In this document: positions 7,919 through 18,291 of the stretch, one piece after another
How positions within the stretch are numbered: the stretch's first letter is position 1
Layout of the letters: each line of letters opens with the position of its first letter
Assembly: GCA_030167865.1 (NCBI GenBank)
Contig: JALAGF010005657.1
Span: 62,001-94,130 of the forward strand
From: Craspedostauros australis
Lineage: Eukaryota
Direction of reading: 5' to 3'
DNA length: 32,130 nt
Translations under genes and position numbers: made by a program
The notes under the pieces: model-generated
What the model saw: only the letters and a program-made list of their open reading frames with translations
Database searches by the model: none
Told to the model about the DNA's origin: nothing

Positions 7919-10882
7919 TCATTTGTCATTGACATCAAATCCATGCCCGGGGTGATCATGAGTGGAACTGTTGGCATTCTGCTGTCGCGATCTTGTTGCG
8001 GACGACGCAGACGAGGAAGGTAGTTCCGTCGGTGCCAGTCCATGGGCGTCTTCCGCAGCAGCGGTGTGGATCAGATGGGGGCCGCCCTTCAGTACGGAGT
8101 TGTCTTCGCTGTAGCCGATGTTGCGCTTATCGTACACCTGAAGGTAGAACTGGTCGTTGTTCGTTTCACGATCAGCGCGATCGTGATTGGGCAAGCCATG
8201 ATCGTTCGCACCATCATCGCCGGCCTTCTGCGGCTCAGCATTGCCGTGCTGATACCTCCAGCCGACGTCCAGAACTTGGAGAATGCCATCCTCTGTCAGA
8301 TACGGTTGCCACGTCTGTTTGTAACGCTGCCGCTTCTGAAGGTACGAGGCCAGGCCGCTGATTGTCAACGCGATCACCAGCGTGCTCGTCAGCATCGCCA
8401 TGCCCAGCCATTCTCGCAGGGACCATGCGCCACCTGGTTCAAGATGTGAAGTGTACATCTTGCCCGTCGAACGAGTATCCTCGCTTGGACTGTGACTGCT
8501 ATCCGAGGAGCTCGAGGAACTGTCGTCGCTCGTTTCCTCTGGCGGCTTCGCCAAGGCGTCGGTTGTGTTCATCTCGCCACCTGCGGAGCACATGGCCAGG
8601 ACCTTCACGTGATCTTCACGTCGACGCGGCCGATCAACAGGCTGGCCATCTTCACCAAAGGTTTGGTTGCCTCCCCCTTGATCGGTAGTCGTGTTTTGTT
8701 GTGCACCGACATCATCCGATTCCGTTATGTTGCATTTGGACGCTGGTTTGAAGCCGTCTTCGCCTTTCTCTTGGAAGTAAGCGTGCAGCAGTCCCCATTC
8801 CTCTTGGTAGATGCCCTCCTCGAGCGTGACATCAAGCACCACCTGGCAAACGTGGGTGACATCCCTCAGGTACTTCTCATGCTTCAGGCTCTTTCCATCC
8901 ATCCAGAACACTGTATACATCACATCTACTCCGTACCAGTGGTACGTCGTTGTGTTTGTAAATCCATCCTGCGGGTCTTCGGTTGTTTCGTTCTTCCACC
9001 ACCTCGTGGCGTTGGTGGCGAATATGGGCCAGATTCTTGATTTGTGATGCTTGAGCCTCGACACCTTGTCCGTGGTCCTCAGCTGGATGTCTGGGTCGTT
9101 TTCTTTCAGCCGTCTGGTTTTGATGAGCGGCTCCGAGAAATCCAACACAACGACTGGCCTTGAGTCGGGGTCGACATTGGCGTTCCATTCCTTGTTGCCC
9201 TTGTGCGACACTTTATGCAGCGAGCGTCTGGGAGGTGGATGTGGAGGAGGTGGTCCGTGGTTCCCACCTTGTCCTGGGGGAGGGGGTCCAGGTCCTGGTG
9301 CAGATCGAGGCGGCGGGTTGGATGTTGGCGGAGGTCTGGGTGGAGCCCCGTCCGCCGCTCCATGGCCGCTATCATGGCTTGATGAGGATGAACTGCTGGA
9401 CTGGTTGTCAGGTTGATCTTCTTGTTCCAGACCCTCGATGCCAGCAACCAACCTACCTTTCAGGCGCACTTCGAAGGGCGAGAATTCATGGAGAATGTAC
9501 GTGGTGGTGTGTTTGACAAGCCTGTGAAAGTAGCGCTTCTGATCGAACATGAGGTCGTCCTTGGAATAGGACAGGGCGACGCTGAGTCGTTGAAGGACAG
9601 TGTTGGGTGGCAGGGGTGGTGGTGGTTGCGACGGGTCTACAGGAACAGATGGTGCATCACTGTCGCCGCCATCGCCTGATGCATCGGCACCGCCAATGTC
9701 GGACACTTCCGGTGTTGGTGCGTCGGTGGGTGAGGAAGTGTTATCTGGCCCCTGCACTTGGCCGTCTGAACCGGAGGGCGAAAGAGTAGGGGCGGTTGCG
9801 TCGTTGCCAATCGGTGGTCCCAAGCCCGTCGGTCCGGCTGTTTGGCAGTGCGGCATGAACGAGAAGGACTCACAGTCATAATCCGGATCCACTTCTGGAT
9901 CATATTGATCGTCCCAGCTGACATCGCTGCTGCTATCGCCATCGAAATCACTGAAGATCCCTTGGTTGTCACTGCCATCTCTTTCTGTGCTGGTCTCTGT
10001 ACTGCCAAGATGCGTAGCTTGAGAGTCCAAGCGGCGTGGGTGACGAGCAGCGCGATCGCGTTGAAGTCGCTCGCGTATCCTGCGAATAGCGTTCGCGTTA
10101 GACTGTTGTCGGTCTTCAGCGGAGGGCAGAGCGTAGCTGTGCGCATTCGGGTCACTTGGATACCCAGAACGCTGCATTGTTGAACTACCCACACCATGTG
10201 TCGCCACATCGAGCTCTCCAGCTTGCGTTAGTTGTGGCGATGATGAGACTTGCGCTTGTTGATCTTGATGCGCAGTGGATGATGACCTTCGTCTTTGTCG
10301 TCGCTTCTGCTGGGTGCCAGAGGCTGTGTGTTGCTGTTGATGTTGCTGTTGCTGGTGTTCATACGGGTGCTGATGTTGCTGTTGATGCCAATTGGTGTGT
10401 TCAACGTCTTCTCCACTTGAATCTATGAACTCATCGATGGCCGTGAGCGGCGCGATGGGCGCAACCGGACGGATGTACCTCCTGTGGTTTCGTTCGATGG
10501 AGACTGCGTGCGCAGGGGGTATCAGCTGGAACGAGGTCTCAGAAGCGAAAGAGTGTGGGAAGCCAGACGGTTGATTGTCATGTTGTTGCTGATGCTGTTG
10601 GCCCTGTTGGCTCTGTTGTGGATGGACTGCCTGCTTGGAGAGGTGGGAAGCTCTCGTGTGGGTGGCGCATAGAATCGCGACGGTGATTGCAGCAGCGTAG
10701 GAGGAGAGAGTGCTCGCGAACACTTTCACTCTCTGCCGCTGGCACTGTTGCTTTCGCTGTACACCTATTCGTCTCCTCCTGGTGGACACCTGTGTTTGTG
10801 TGACAATTGATTCCAGTGGCTGTTGTTGCTGGTGCTGTTGTTGCTGATGCGCCATCTGTGAGTTGGGGCGTTGGGTCACCAT
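7919..10882 (-). CDS. single-pass membrane protein A (987 aa from first ATG), paralog of 13554..15605, SAP-like (silicalemma-associated-protein-like) architecture
   Basis: ORF 7919..11692 begins at a GTG and its first ATG is at 10882 (MVTQRPNS). Contains a hydrophobic signal segment (VFASTLSSYAAAITVAILCATHT), Q/H-rich, acidic and Pro-rich low-complexity regions, RRL/RSL motifs, a Ser run, a TM (WLGMAMLTSTLVIALTISGLASYL) and a tail conserved with the paralog. Confidence 0.85.
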   Translation of the reverse strand: MVTQRPNSQMAHQQQQHQQQQPLESIVTQTQVSTRRRRIGVQRKQQCQRQRVKVFASTLSSYAAAITVAILCATHTRASHLSKQAVHPQQSQQGQQHQQQHDNQPSGFPHSFASETSFQLIPPAHAVSIERNHRRYIRPVAPIAPLTAIDEFIDSSGEDVEHTNWHQQQHQHPYEHQQQQHQQQHTASGTQQKRRQRRRSSSTAHQDQQAQVSSSPQLTQAGELDVATHGVGSSTMQRSGYPSDPNAHSYALPSAEDRQQSNANAIRRIRERLQRDRAARHPRRLDSQATHLGSTETSTERDGSDNQGIFSDFDGDSSSDVSWDDQYDPEVDPDYDCESFSFMPHCQTAGPTGLGPPIGNDATAPTLSPSGSDGQVQGPDNTSSPTDAPTPEVSDIGGADASGDGGDSDAPSVPVDPSQPPPPLPPNTVLQRLSVALSYSKDDLMFDQKRYFHRLVKHTTTYILHEFSPFEVRLKGRLVAGIEGLEQEDQPDNQSSSSSSSSHDSGHGAADGAPPRPPPTSNPPPRSAPGPGPPPPGQGGNHGPPPPHPPPRRSLHKVSHKGNKEWNANVDPDSRPVVVLDFSEPLIKTRRLKENDPDIQLRTTDKVSRLKHHKSRIWPIFATNATRWWKNETTEDPQDGFTNTTTYHWYGVDVMYTVFWMDGKSLKHEKYLRDVTHVCQVVLDVTLEEGIYQEEWGLLHAYFQEKGEDGFKPASKCNITESDDVGAQQNTTTDQGGGNQTFGEDGQPVDRPRRREDHVKVLAMCSAGGEMNTTDALAKPPEETSDDSSSSSSDSSHSPSEDTRSTGKMYTSHLEPGGAWSLREWLGMAMLTSTLVIALTISGLASYLQKRQRYKQTWQPYLTEDGILQVLDVGWRYQHGNAEPQKAGDDGANDHGLPNHDRADRETNNDQFYLQVYDKRNIGYSEDNSVLKGGPHLIHTAAAEDAHGLAPTELPSSSASSATRSRQQNANSSTHDHPGHGFDVNDK

Positions 10883-11497
10883 CCTGTGACTGGATGTCGT
10901 GGGTCGATGGAGTGCCAGCGAATGGGCGGACTCCCAGAGTGCTTGGGTGCAATCCAGGGTGTTCGTTTCCTGCGTTTCCTGCGTTCCCCTTGGGTGGCTG
11001 TTGCCTTGCTCCGGAGTACTAGTCGTTATACGAGCAGAGAGCCTCTGCCTCGTTTGCTTTGCCCGTGCTCCAAGGCACACAGATACGGTGCTCGTGGAGC
11101 GCTGTTCGCAGCGCACTGCTGGCACGAGCAATCGTTTCCGGAGGTGTGGCGTACGAGCTACTCGTAAGGTGGGCACTTGTGCGGATAGCACACCCTCTGG
11201 CCAACCAGTCCGCCTGCGCTCTGCTTGTCCCTTCTCGTTGCGTCTATCTCGACTTGTCCGCAATGAAGGCAGCGCCTCTTGCTTTGCTTTGCTTTGTTGG
11301 GAGACACAAGGGAGGCAAACTATTATGGTTTGGGGTGGCTTGGTATCGTATGATATCGTCTGGTATGGGATGGTGTGGGACGCTGACCGAAGCAGTCGCT
11401 GTTGTCTGCTTCTGGGATGTCCGTTCCTTCTGCTGTTGATGTCAATGCCTCTGTGGTTGCGGATGCCGTTTCTCCAATCTTGGGTCCTTGTTGCTGT

Positions 11498-11524
11498 GCT
11501 ACTGTTGCTACTGTTGCTACTGTG
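11498..11524. repeat. 9-bp tandem repeat (gctactgtt) x3
   Basis: gctactgtt gctactgtt gctactgtg, upstream of membrane protein A. Confidence 0.6.
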
Positions 11525-12665
11525 GCGTTGTGTGCGCAGTACATTCTTGTGTGGCGTCTTCTCCCTTGCTGTCGTCACAGTCCTCGGTGCGCTCTCTTGT
11601 GCCTCTCTGTCCTTGTCATGCACGTGCACAATGGTGGGAGACTCTGTTTTCGGCCTCTTTCTCACAGCGAACTCACCTTCACCGGCTTTCACGAGTCAAA
11701 GAACCATTCACTCTTCATCCGTGAGTACTAAAAACATCAACTCTGGACATAACTGCGACATTCCCGTTCGGCGGTAATTTGTTGTCGCTGATCAGTTCGG
11801 CTCCATGGGGTTGCTTCGCGCCAAAAACAGCACAAACCACTGGGTAGCGACTATCCACGGAAACAAATCTAGAGAGAGACATCGTGGTGGGCAATTGGTG
11901 GGCGTCGACGCAATCGCAATCCTGTTTTGCGTAGCGGGGGATCAGTCAACAGCATCGCGGGCAGAGCTGATTCCATCTTACCAGCAAGCTTGTTGTCAAA
12001 ATATCGGCAACGAAAGACCGGCATGGGAAGATCATATCGTGTCAGACCTGGTCGGCACCAACCAACTCGACCCATCAATCGATCCGACTCCATTCAACTT
12101 GCCGGTGTCTCGACTGTTTACAGGAGTGTCTGATCACTCACAATACCCATTCTTCTTGGCGCACCTCGTTCATGAATGAATGCACAAAAGCGTACCATGT
12201 ACACTCTCCGTGTACGATCTATTCGTCCAATCGAAGCCGTTCGTGTTGGAATGTGGACAAACGAAGACAAGGACAAACCGTCCTGTTTCCACAACCGTGT
12301 TTCGAGCCTCCAAGCATCAGCACCATCCAATCCCAAAGAGGGGAGGACGTTGAAATGGGCATACGGGTGTGTTACCGTACGCCATTTCTGGCCGAACCTC
12401 CATCATCGAATCGAGGCTGACCATTTCCTGTTGCCCGGCCATCACAGTATTTCCTTCAACGCACGCAGGAACGCCCGTTGTCTGTGCAAGCACGAGTCCA
12501 CCACGCTCTGTGAACATGTTGGTTGGAGCGCCTCCAGGTATCTGTGCATCCTACAGCTCGTATTGGTGGCAACCAGCCATCCAAGCAGGCTGCGGTCTGA
12601 AATCGTCCCGCCGACAAAATGCTTGCTGTTGTTGGGGACTGCGATCATGGAGTTGAGCAGCTCGC

Positions 12666-12690
12666 AGAGTAGAGTAGAGTAGAGCAGAGC
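12666..12690. repeat. (AGAGT/AGAGC)5 pentanucleotide microsatellite
   Basis: agagt agagt agagt agagc agagc in the divergent intergenic region. Confidence 0.7.
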
Positions 12691-13553
12691 AATCGATTCT
12701 TTGGTGCTGCCGGAATGGTTGCGCCATGTGCCAATTGGGGTACAGCCATCATGCTCGTTCCATGCGAGTACGGGTGCGAGTGCTCGTAGCCACCAATTGT
12801 CGCTGCATCCAAGGCGTGGCTGCCGCTTCCCCCTTCCTCTGCGTCCTTCCGTGAAGTGTTTTCGCTCAACATTGAACAGGGATTGTGAGCAACACACGAC
12901 AAGCAACATCAATCGTGCCAAACTCGTATCAATCATTTCCTCTGTGGACCAATCAGCTTCTGCCGTTCGTTCCATTCGTGCATAATGCGCAACAAAAAGT
13001 GGCGAAAGCGTGCCAAAACAGGAGCGATTTCCCTTGTTTGGGAGAGATGTTTGTTTTCCACGATGTGCCCATGTGATGTGGGCGCAAAGTCGCACGATCG
13101 AAATGGAGGGACACAGAACAACGCTGCAATGCGCGTACTCGTAACCAGAACATACCCAAATCCCAAGACCAACACAGAAAGCAGAAGCATGGCACGTGCA
13201 TCGCCGAAGTCGGCATGAACAGTAGCATCAAAGGCTCCAGAAAGGAACAGGAATAGGAATAGAAAAAGGCGTGAAAAGAGAAGTGACTGCTTCCACCGCA
13301 CTGTCCCACACCACAAAGTGGAGAGGTCGACCAGCTGACGTCTACTCTCGAGAGAGCGAGTGCCCGCACCATACGTTTGCTCAAGTAGCTCGTACACACC
13401 ATACTTTTTTATTTTTCAATACTACTCAACTCCCCAATTGACCTGTGGGCCAAATCCATCACGCGACACCTTCATGCTTACCAAGAGTTTACATCAATAG
13501 CCCAGATCAACATAGTTCATCGACCTGTCTTTCCAAACAAACTGGCAGTCAAC

Positions 13554-15605
13554 ATGGTCAGACCTTCCAATCGACGCATCCTCATCAGCGTCGCCTTCAT
13601 CGCGCAGCTTCTCTCGCAGTGCCATCCAGCGCACTGCTCGATGGATGGCAGTCCACGTGACGGCGCCGTCCAGCTGAGAAATCAGCAACAGCATGCAGAC
13701 CATGAACACTCCCAACTAGAACCGATCAACAGCAATGGCGATGGAGACGGCAACAACAACAGCAACTCATCTGCGGAAGCAACATTCCTGACTTTGCCAG
13801 CGCTGTCACTCGTCGGTACCGATCAAAGAAACGATGACGATACCCTGTTGTCAGAGGCGGATTCAGCGTCCACAGAACAACGCAATGATGCCGATGACAC
13901 AATCGAGGACGGGAACGATCTATCCACATACCTCTATCACAAGAGATATGTGAAGAGCGGCTCGTCCTCCCCGCGCATGCGTCAATCCTCCCAAAGCAAA
14001 AGCCGCGGCAGGAGACGCAAGCAGAAGCAGCCACCTAGAAGCAGGAGAAAGGAAGGCACACAAAACGGGAACCTTTCGGGTACTGATGGAGATCAACCAC
14101 CCGGAACCACCGCAGGCACAGACAGCTACGATCCCGGCGATGCGCCAGATTTCGACTGTCACAAGTACGCCGAGTACCTCGACATCGTCTGCGAGGACGA
14201 AGCGCCGCCTTCAGACAACCTTGGTTCCACCGACGATCCCCCAACCGTAAGTCCCACCATGGATGCGACGCGAACTGATGAGACGCAGGGTCCCATCGTT
14301 GGTGTGGAGACGCCGCCACCATTGCCAGCCAACAACATGGCGGTCGACCTCAGCATCGCACTCACGCACGACATCGTGCCGATGGGTGCAGATCAGGTGG
14401 AGTACTTCCGATCAGTTATCGAGAAAGTCACGACACGACTGCTTGACGAGGAGACTCAATTCGAAGTCTTGTCCAAGGGCGCAAACGCGCAAGGTCAACA
14501 GAACGGCACCACGAGGTCTTTGAGCGTGAGACGCAGTGGCCACAAAAGTTACCGACAGCGGCATTCGCAGGGCAGGCGCGACCTGGGCACGAGCAGGGAG
14601 AGCGAAGACGACAGAAAGCTCTCGAGATTGAAGCATTCCTCCACCATCATCAACGCAATCGCATCGATAGATGGCTTGCAGCTTCGAGATGGGGACGTTG
14701 TTGCCAGCACATTCCATTGGTACTCCGTGCAGGTTTACTACGACACCTTCTGGATGTCGGGGCAGTCCATGAAGAAGGAAGATCTCGTGGAGCAGATCCG
14801 CTACACCTGCCAGGCAGTCATTGACTACAATGTCATGTCAGGCAAGTACACCAAGAAGCTTCGACACGTCATCGACCTTGACCACAGAGCTGACGAGAGC
14901 GCTTTCTCCGTCTCCGACACCGAGATGGTTGACATCATGGCCTCGGCATCAGCGGGCAACGAAGCGCGCACCGTCGATGACATATCAAAGGAGGCCACAA
15001 GGCGGGCCTCGACGAGCTCCGACTCGTCTGATACGTCTTCCAGCGGCGACTCGGGTACCACGAGCTCCTACGACTTCAGCGATGAAGTGGGATACCAAGA
15101 ATTGAGGTTGGATCCGTATGCGCCCTGGTCCGCTCGCGAGTGGCTTGGTCTGGTCCTATTGGTCGTCACCGCATCATTCGGAGTCGGCTTGCCGCTCGTT
15201 GCTTCCTTCCTACGATCTCGTGAAGAAAGGGAAAGGACGTGGGCGCAAAATGCTTACCTCACCGAAGAAGGCCTCAAAGAGGTGCTGGATGTCGGTTGGA
15301 GGTACAAGTACGAAGATCCGGAGCAGCACATTGCAAAGCACGGAGGAGGAGATGTCAACGGTCATGTTGATGCTGATGTCGACGTTAACGGTGCTGCCGT
15401 TGGTGCTGGTGCGAACGCATCTGTCGACCCCCAGTTCTTCTTGCAGATTTTCGAGAAGGGGAAGGTTGGATACAACGAGGACAATTCTGTTCTACGTGGT
15501 GGGCCGCATGTAGTGCACGCGGCCGTCGGAGTGAGTCAGAACGACCCGACGGTTCCAACCGCGAGCACATCTTCAAGCCGCATGACCCCACAGCACCGGA
15601 ATTAG
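13554..15605 (+). CDS. single-pass membrane protein B (683 aa), paralog of 7919..10882, SAP-like architecture
   Basis: Intronless ORF. Signal peptide MVRPSNRRILISVAFIAQLLSQCHPAHC, acidic and basic patches, RSL/RDL/RKL motifs, Ser-rich juxtamembrane stretch, TM (WLGLVLLVVTASFGVGLPLVASFL), and several blocks colinear with protein A. Confidence 0.88.
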   Translation: MVRPSNRRILISVAFIAQLLSQCHPAHCSMDGSPRDGAVQLRNQQQHADHEHSQLEPINSNGDGDGNNNSNSSAEATFLTLPALSLVGTDQRNDDDTLLSEADSASTEQRNDADDTIEDGNDLSTYLYHKRYVKSGSSSPRMRQSSQSKSRGRRRKQKQPPRSRRKEGTQNGNLSGTDGDQPPGTTAGTDSYDPGDAPDFDCHKYAEYLDIVCEDEAPPSDNLGSTDDPPTVSPTMDATRTDETQGPIVGVETPPPLPANNMAVDLSIALTHDIVPMGADQVEYFRSVIEKVTTRLLDEETQFEVLSKGANAQGQQNGTTRSLSVRRSGHKSYRQRHSQGRRDLGTSRESEDDRKLSRLKHSSTIINAIASIDGLQLRDGDVVASTFHWYSVQVYYDTFWMSGQSMKKEDLVEQIRYTCQAVIDYNVMSGKYTKKLRHVIDLDHRADESAFSVSDTEMVDIMASASAGNEARTVDDISKEATRRASTSSDSSDTSSSGDSGTTSSYDFSDEVGYQELRLDPYAPWSAREWLGLVLLVVTASFGVGLPLVASFLRSREERERTWAQNAYLTEEGLKEVLDVGWRYKYEDPEQHIAKHGGGDVNGHVDADVDVNGAAVGAGANASVDPQFFLQIFEKGKVGYNEDNSVLRGGPHVVHAAVGVSQNDPTVPTASTSSSRMTPQHRN

Positions 15606-16499
15606 AACCACTATCCACACCAACATCAGCATCCGTCGATGCCAAGGCGATGGTCCCGAACGCTGAAATGCGGAGATGGAAAGGTTTTGGTTCAGTTCTT
15701 GGTACCATACCACGCGATACCATCCGAGTACGAATCTCGACGACTCCACATACTATGTACCTATGCTCTGGTGGGATCCTCCTCCCGAAGCGCACATGTA
15801 CACGCACACACAATTTTGCATACACCATACAAACTCTTGAATTATTATACTATTAGATGATTAATTTACACACGATCGTGGACAAACAAACTGTTCCGTG
15901 GAGTGCATAGAGAAATGTGCACATAAAGTGAATCGCAGGTCCATGATGGGTTCCGACCTCCACACTTCGATTCTACCGTGAGTCGCAGTATCTCTCATGC
16001 GTACTCATACTCATGCATGTGTATCTACTCTTTGCGCAATTTAGGTGCGACGGTGTATCCATACTTCGTGGGATGAGTATGGTTCGAGCATATTCACGAC
16101 ATTGGAGAAACTCCAATGGTGCACTCCACTATGCCAACACCCAACACCCAAGCATGAAACAGCTCATGGTGAATGGAGTTGTGTGAGTCAACAGCATTTT
16201 GCATTCACCTTGGTGCGATTCTGGTTCACTCGTTGCTCCAATTGCTCTGTACTCCATTTTTTGGCGTGAGCGCACGGCAATGTGGCTGCGACTCCAAAAG
16301 GCAAGTCGCAACTTGTTTCATCAAACAACAACTATCGTGGTGTGGGTGTCAGAATCGTGACGGAGAGCGAGAGCGAAGACAATGCGCATCAATGTGTCCC
16401 GAGAAAAGTCAACGTTAGAATGAAAGTGAAAGTCAGCTCATAAATCAATAGCACTCCTCGCCAACACAACATACACACAGTGGTACCATTTCAACGACA

Positions 16500-17543
16500 A
16501 TGATGCACAACATCCAACTTCCGTTGCTCCTTCTGGCCATCCTTTTGCCAGCTCACTCGCGAGAGCTGCTGCGGAACAGGGACGATGCCTATGACAATGG
16601 CAAGTTCGTGCCTTCCTTCGCTGTGGAAGGAAGCTCGTTGTCGCAGGACGGTGCCGATGAAGATGACCTCGACTACGACACGAATCCCTTTTGGCTTCGC
16701 CGCATTCAGGAGGTGAGTTCTTCTCTCACGGTGTCTGACGACTCGGAGCCATCCAACGACGGCATCGACATTGGCGGCGACCCGAATGAGAGCAAGGACG
16801 AAGACCGAGACGGCCACAACGCCGATGGATCGAACGACGCGGCGAGCTTGGAGATCATTGACGTGGGATGTCGCAGTGAGATTGACCCGTTCCAATCCGA
16901 CTGGACCATCGAGCTTGTAGGCTACACGACGGATATGTCTGAGGCGGAGATGTCCGAACTCGAAACTGTTTTTATCGAGGCGCACAACATCGTGGCGCAA
17001 GGCATGAGCTGCAAGGCCCTGGAGCGTGAGGTCCAGAGCGCGACGCTGGCGTTGGATTTCAATGACCCCAGCAACGACTCCTCCCGTTTCATGAGACAGC
17101 GCAAGTTGCGCGCGCAGACCGAATCTCGAGACTTGATCGACGTTCCAAGCGCTGCGCGCACGTTGATTGAGTCAGAGGCACAAACCTCAGTGTACGAAGG
17201 AAGCATCGTCGTGGATGGTACCTGCAACGGTTGTCCCGAGGCATGGACGGGCGAAACCAGGCCAGAAGTGGCAACTGCGGTGCGTGGAGGCCTCCGCCAT
17301 CAAGAAAAAGAGCCGCGTGATCCAGAGAGCGCGAGGAGAGAGGCAAGGGCAGGCCGACCCATGCCATTTGCGAAAGCATCGCGAGGGCAGGATGCGGCGG
17401 ATTCCACCATTTGCTCGTGCACGGTGGACGAAGTGGCGGAACTGCCGGATGCTGGAAAGATCCTGAGAGAGATGAAGAGGCTGGTGAAGCAATCCACTGA
17501 TCTCCCCAACATCGTCGACGTGGTCGATCTCCGACGCAAATAA
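16500..17543 (+). CDS. secreted acidic protein with RXL motifs and a Cys-containing domain, function unknown (347 aa)
   Basis: Signal peptide MMHNIQLPLLLLAILLPAHS followed directly by REL. Asp-rich N-region, LETVFIEAHN...SC...REV, RKL and RDL motifs, VDGTCNGCP and CSC. No TM seen. Confidence 0.85.
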   Translation: MMHNIQLPLLLLAILLPAHSRELLRNRDDAYDNGKFVPSFAVEGSSLSQDGADEDDLDYDTNPFWLRRIQEVSSSLTVSDDSEPSNDGIDIGGDPNESKDEDRDGHNADGSNDAASLEIIDVGCRSEIDPFQSDWTIELVGYTTDMSEAEMSELETVFIEAHNIVAQGMSCKALEREVQSATLALDFNDPSNDSSRFMRQRKLRAQTESRDLIDVPSAARTLIESEAQTSVYEGSIVVDGTCNGCPEAWTGETRPEVATAVRGGLRHQEKEPRDPESARREARAGRPMPFAKASRGQDAADSTICSCTVDEVAELPDAGKILREMKRLVKQSTDLPNIVDVVDLRRK

Positions 17544-17555
17544 GTCGTCGTCGTC

Positions 17556-17590
<35 letters not shown>
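17544..17590. repeat. compound microsatellite (GTC)5-(CT)15
   Basis: Starts immediately after the TAA of 16500..17543. GTC repeats run from 17544 and (ct)15 spans 17561-17590. Confidence 0.95.
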
Positions 17591-17594
<4 letters not shown>

Positions 17595-18291
17595 CGGAGA
17601 CGGAATCCTGCCCCCTCGCACAAGAGGAGTCGTTGCCGCTTAGCATTGGTAACAGCGATCGTACTACGCGTAGTAACCCCAACCAAAGTTGTATCCACTC
17701 GCACTCGCGCTCGCTTTGAACCATCGCAACAACCACCATCCCTGTCCAAAGAGGTCTCTGTTGTTCCGAGATCGATGCCATGCAGACGTGTCAGGGCAAA
17801 GAGAGCCAAGAACTTGGCGAGACAGAAATTTCTTCGGCTGTGTTCGTTGGGATTCGTTTCGACGTTCGCATCATTCATCTGTCTGTCCATCCACCCGAAA
17901 TTAAATCGAATTGATCAAATGGCCAACACAAAAGATCGAAGCGCAAAGAAAAATGATGATGTCTTGCGTCTTGCGTCTTTCACCATCTCTCCAGCATCAT
18001 CATTGCTGCCACGCAGTCCCTTTCGCACAAGTTTGACTGTCATTCAATTGACTCCGGCACAGAGAGGCATTGCTTCCACCACCACAAGCTCGCCGCACCT
18101 GCACAGATACAAACACTACTTTATTCGAGTATCATCAGAGTGCCCATTTGAAGCATTGGCACCTTCGACGGCATACCACTATTCAACTCGCACATACGTA
18201 CAACAAATATCAACGAGAAGGTCGCAAACACCGTCCGCCAAGGCAAAGAAGGGCAGCGCCACGACCGGAGGGAGCGCAAGAAGCAGGCAGG

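Noticed and set aside
10883..11777. 270-codon in-frame extension of protein A (to GTG 11692) and overlapping antisense ORF 10899..11777
   Set aside because: No ATG in the extension. It contains simple repeats and non-coding-type motifs and would bury the signal segment, so it is treated as UTR/promoter.
11805..13402. Several 120-217 aa ORFs between the paralogs
   Set aside because: Overlapping on both strands, Cys/Arg-rich, with no codon bias or motif. A small gene cannot be fully excluded without RNA data.
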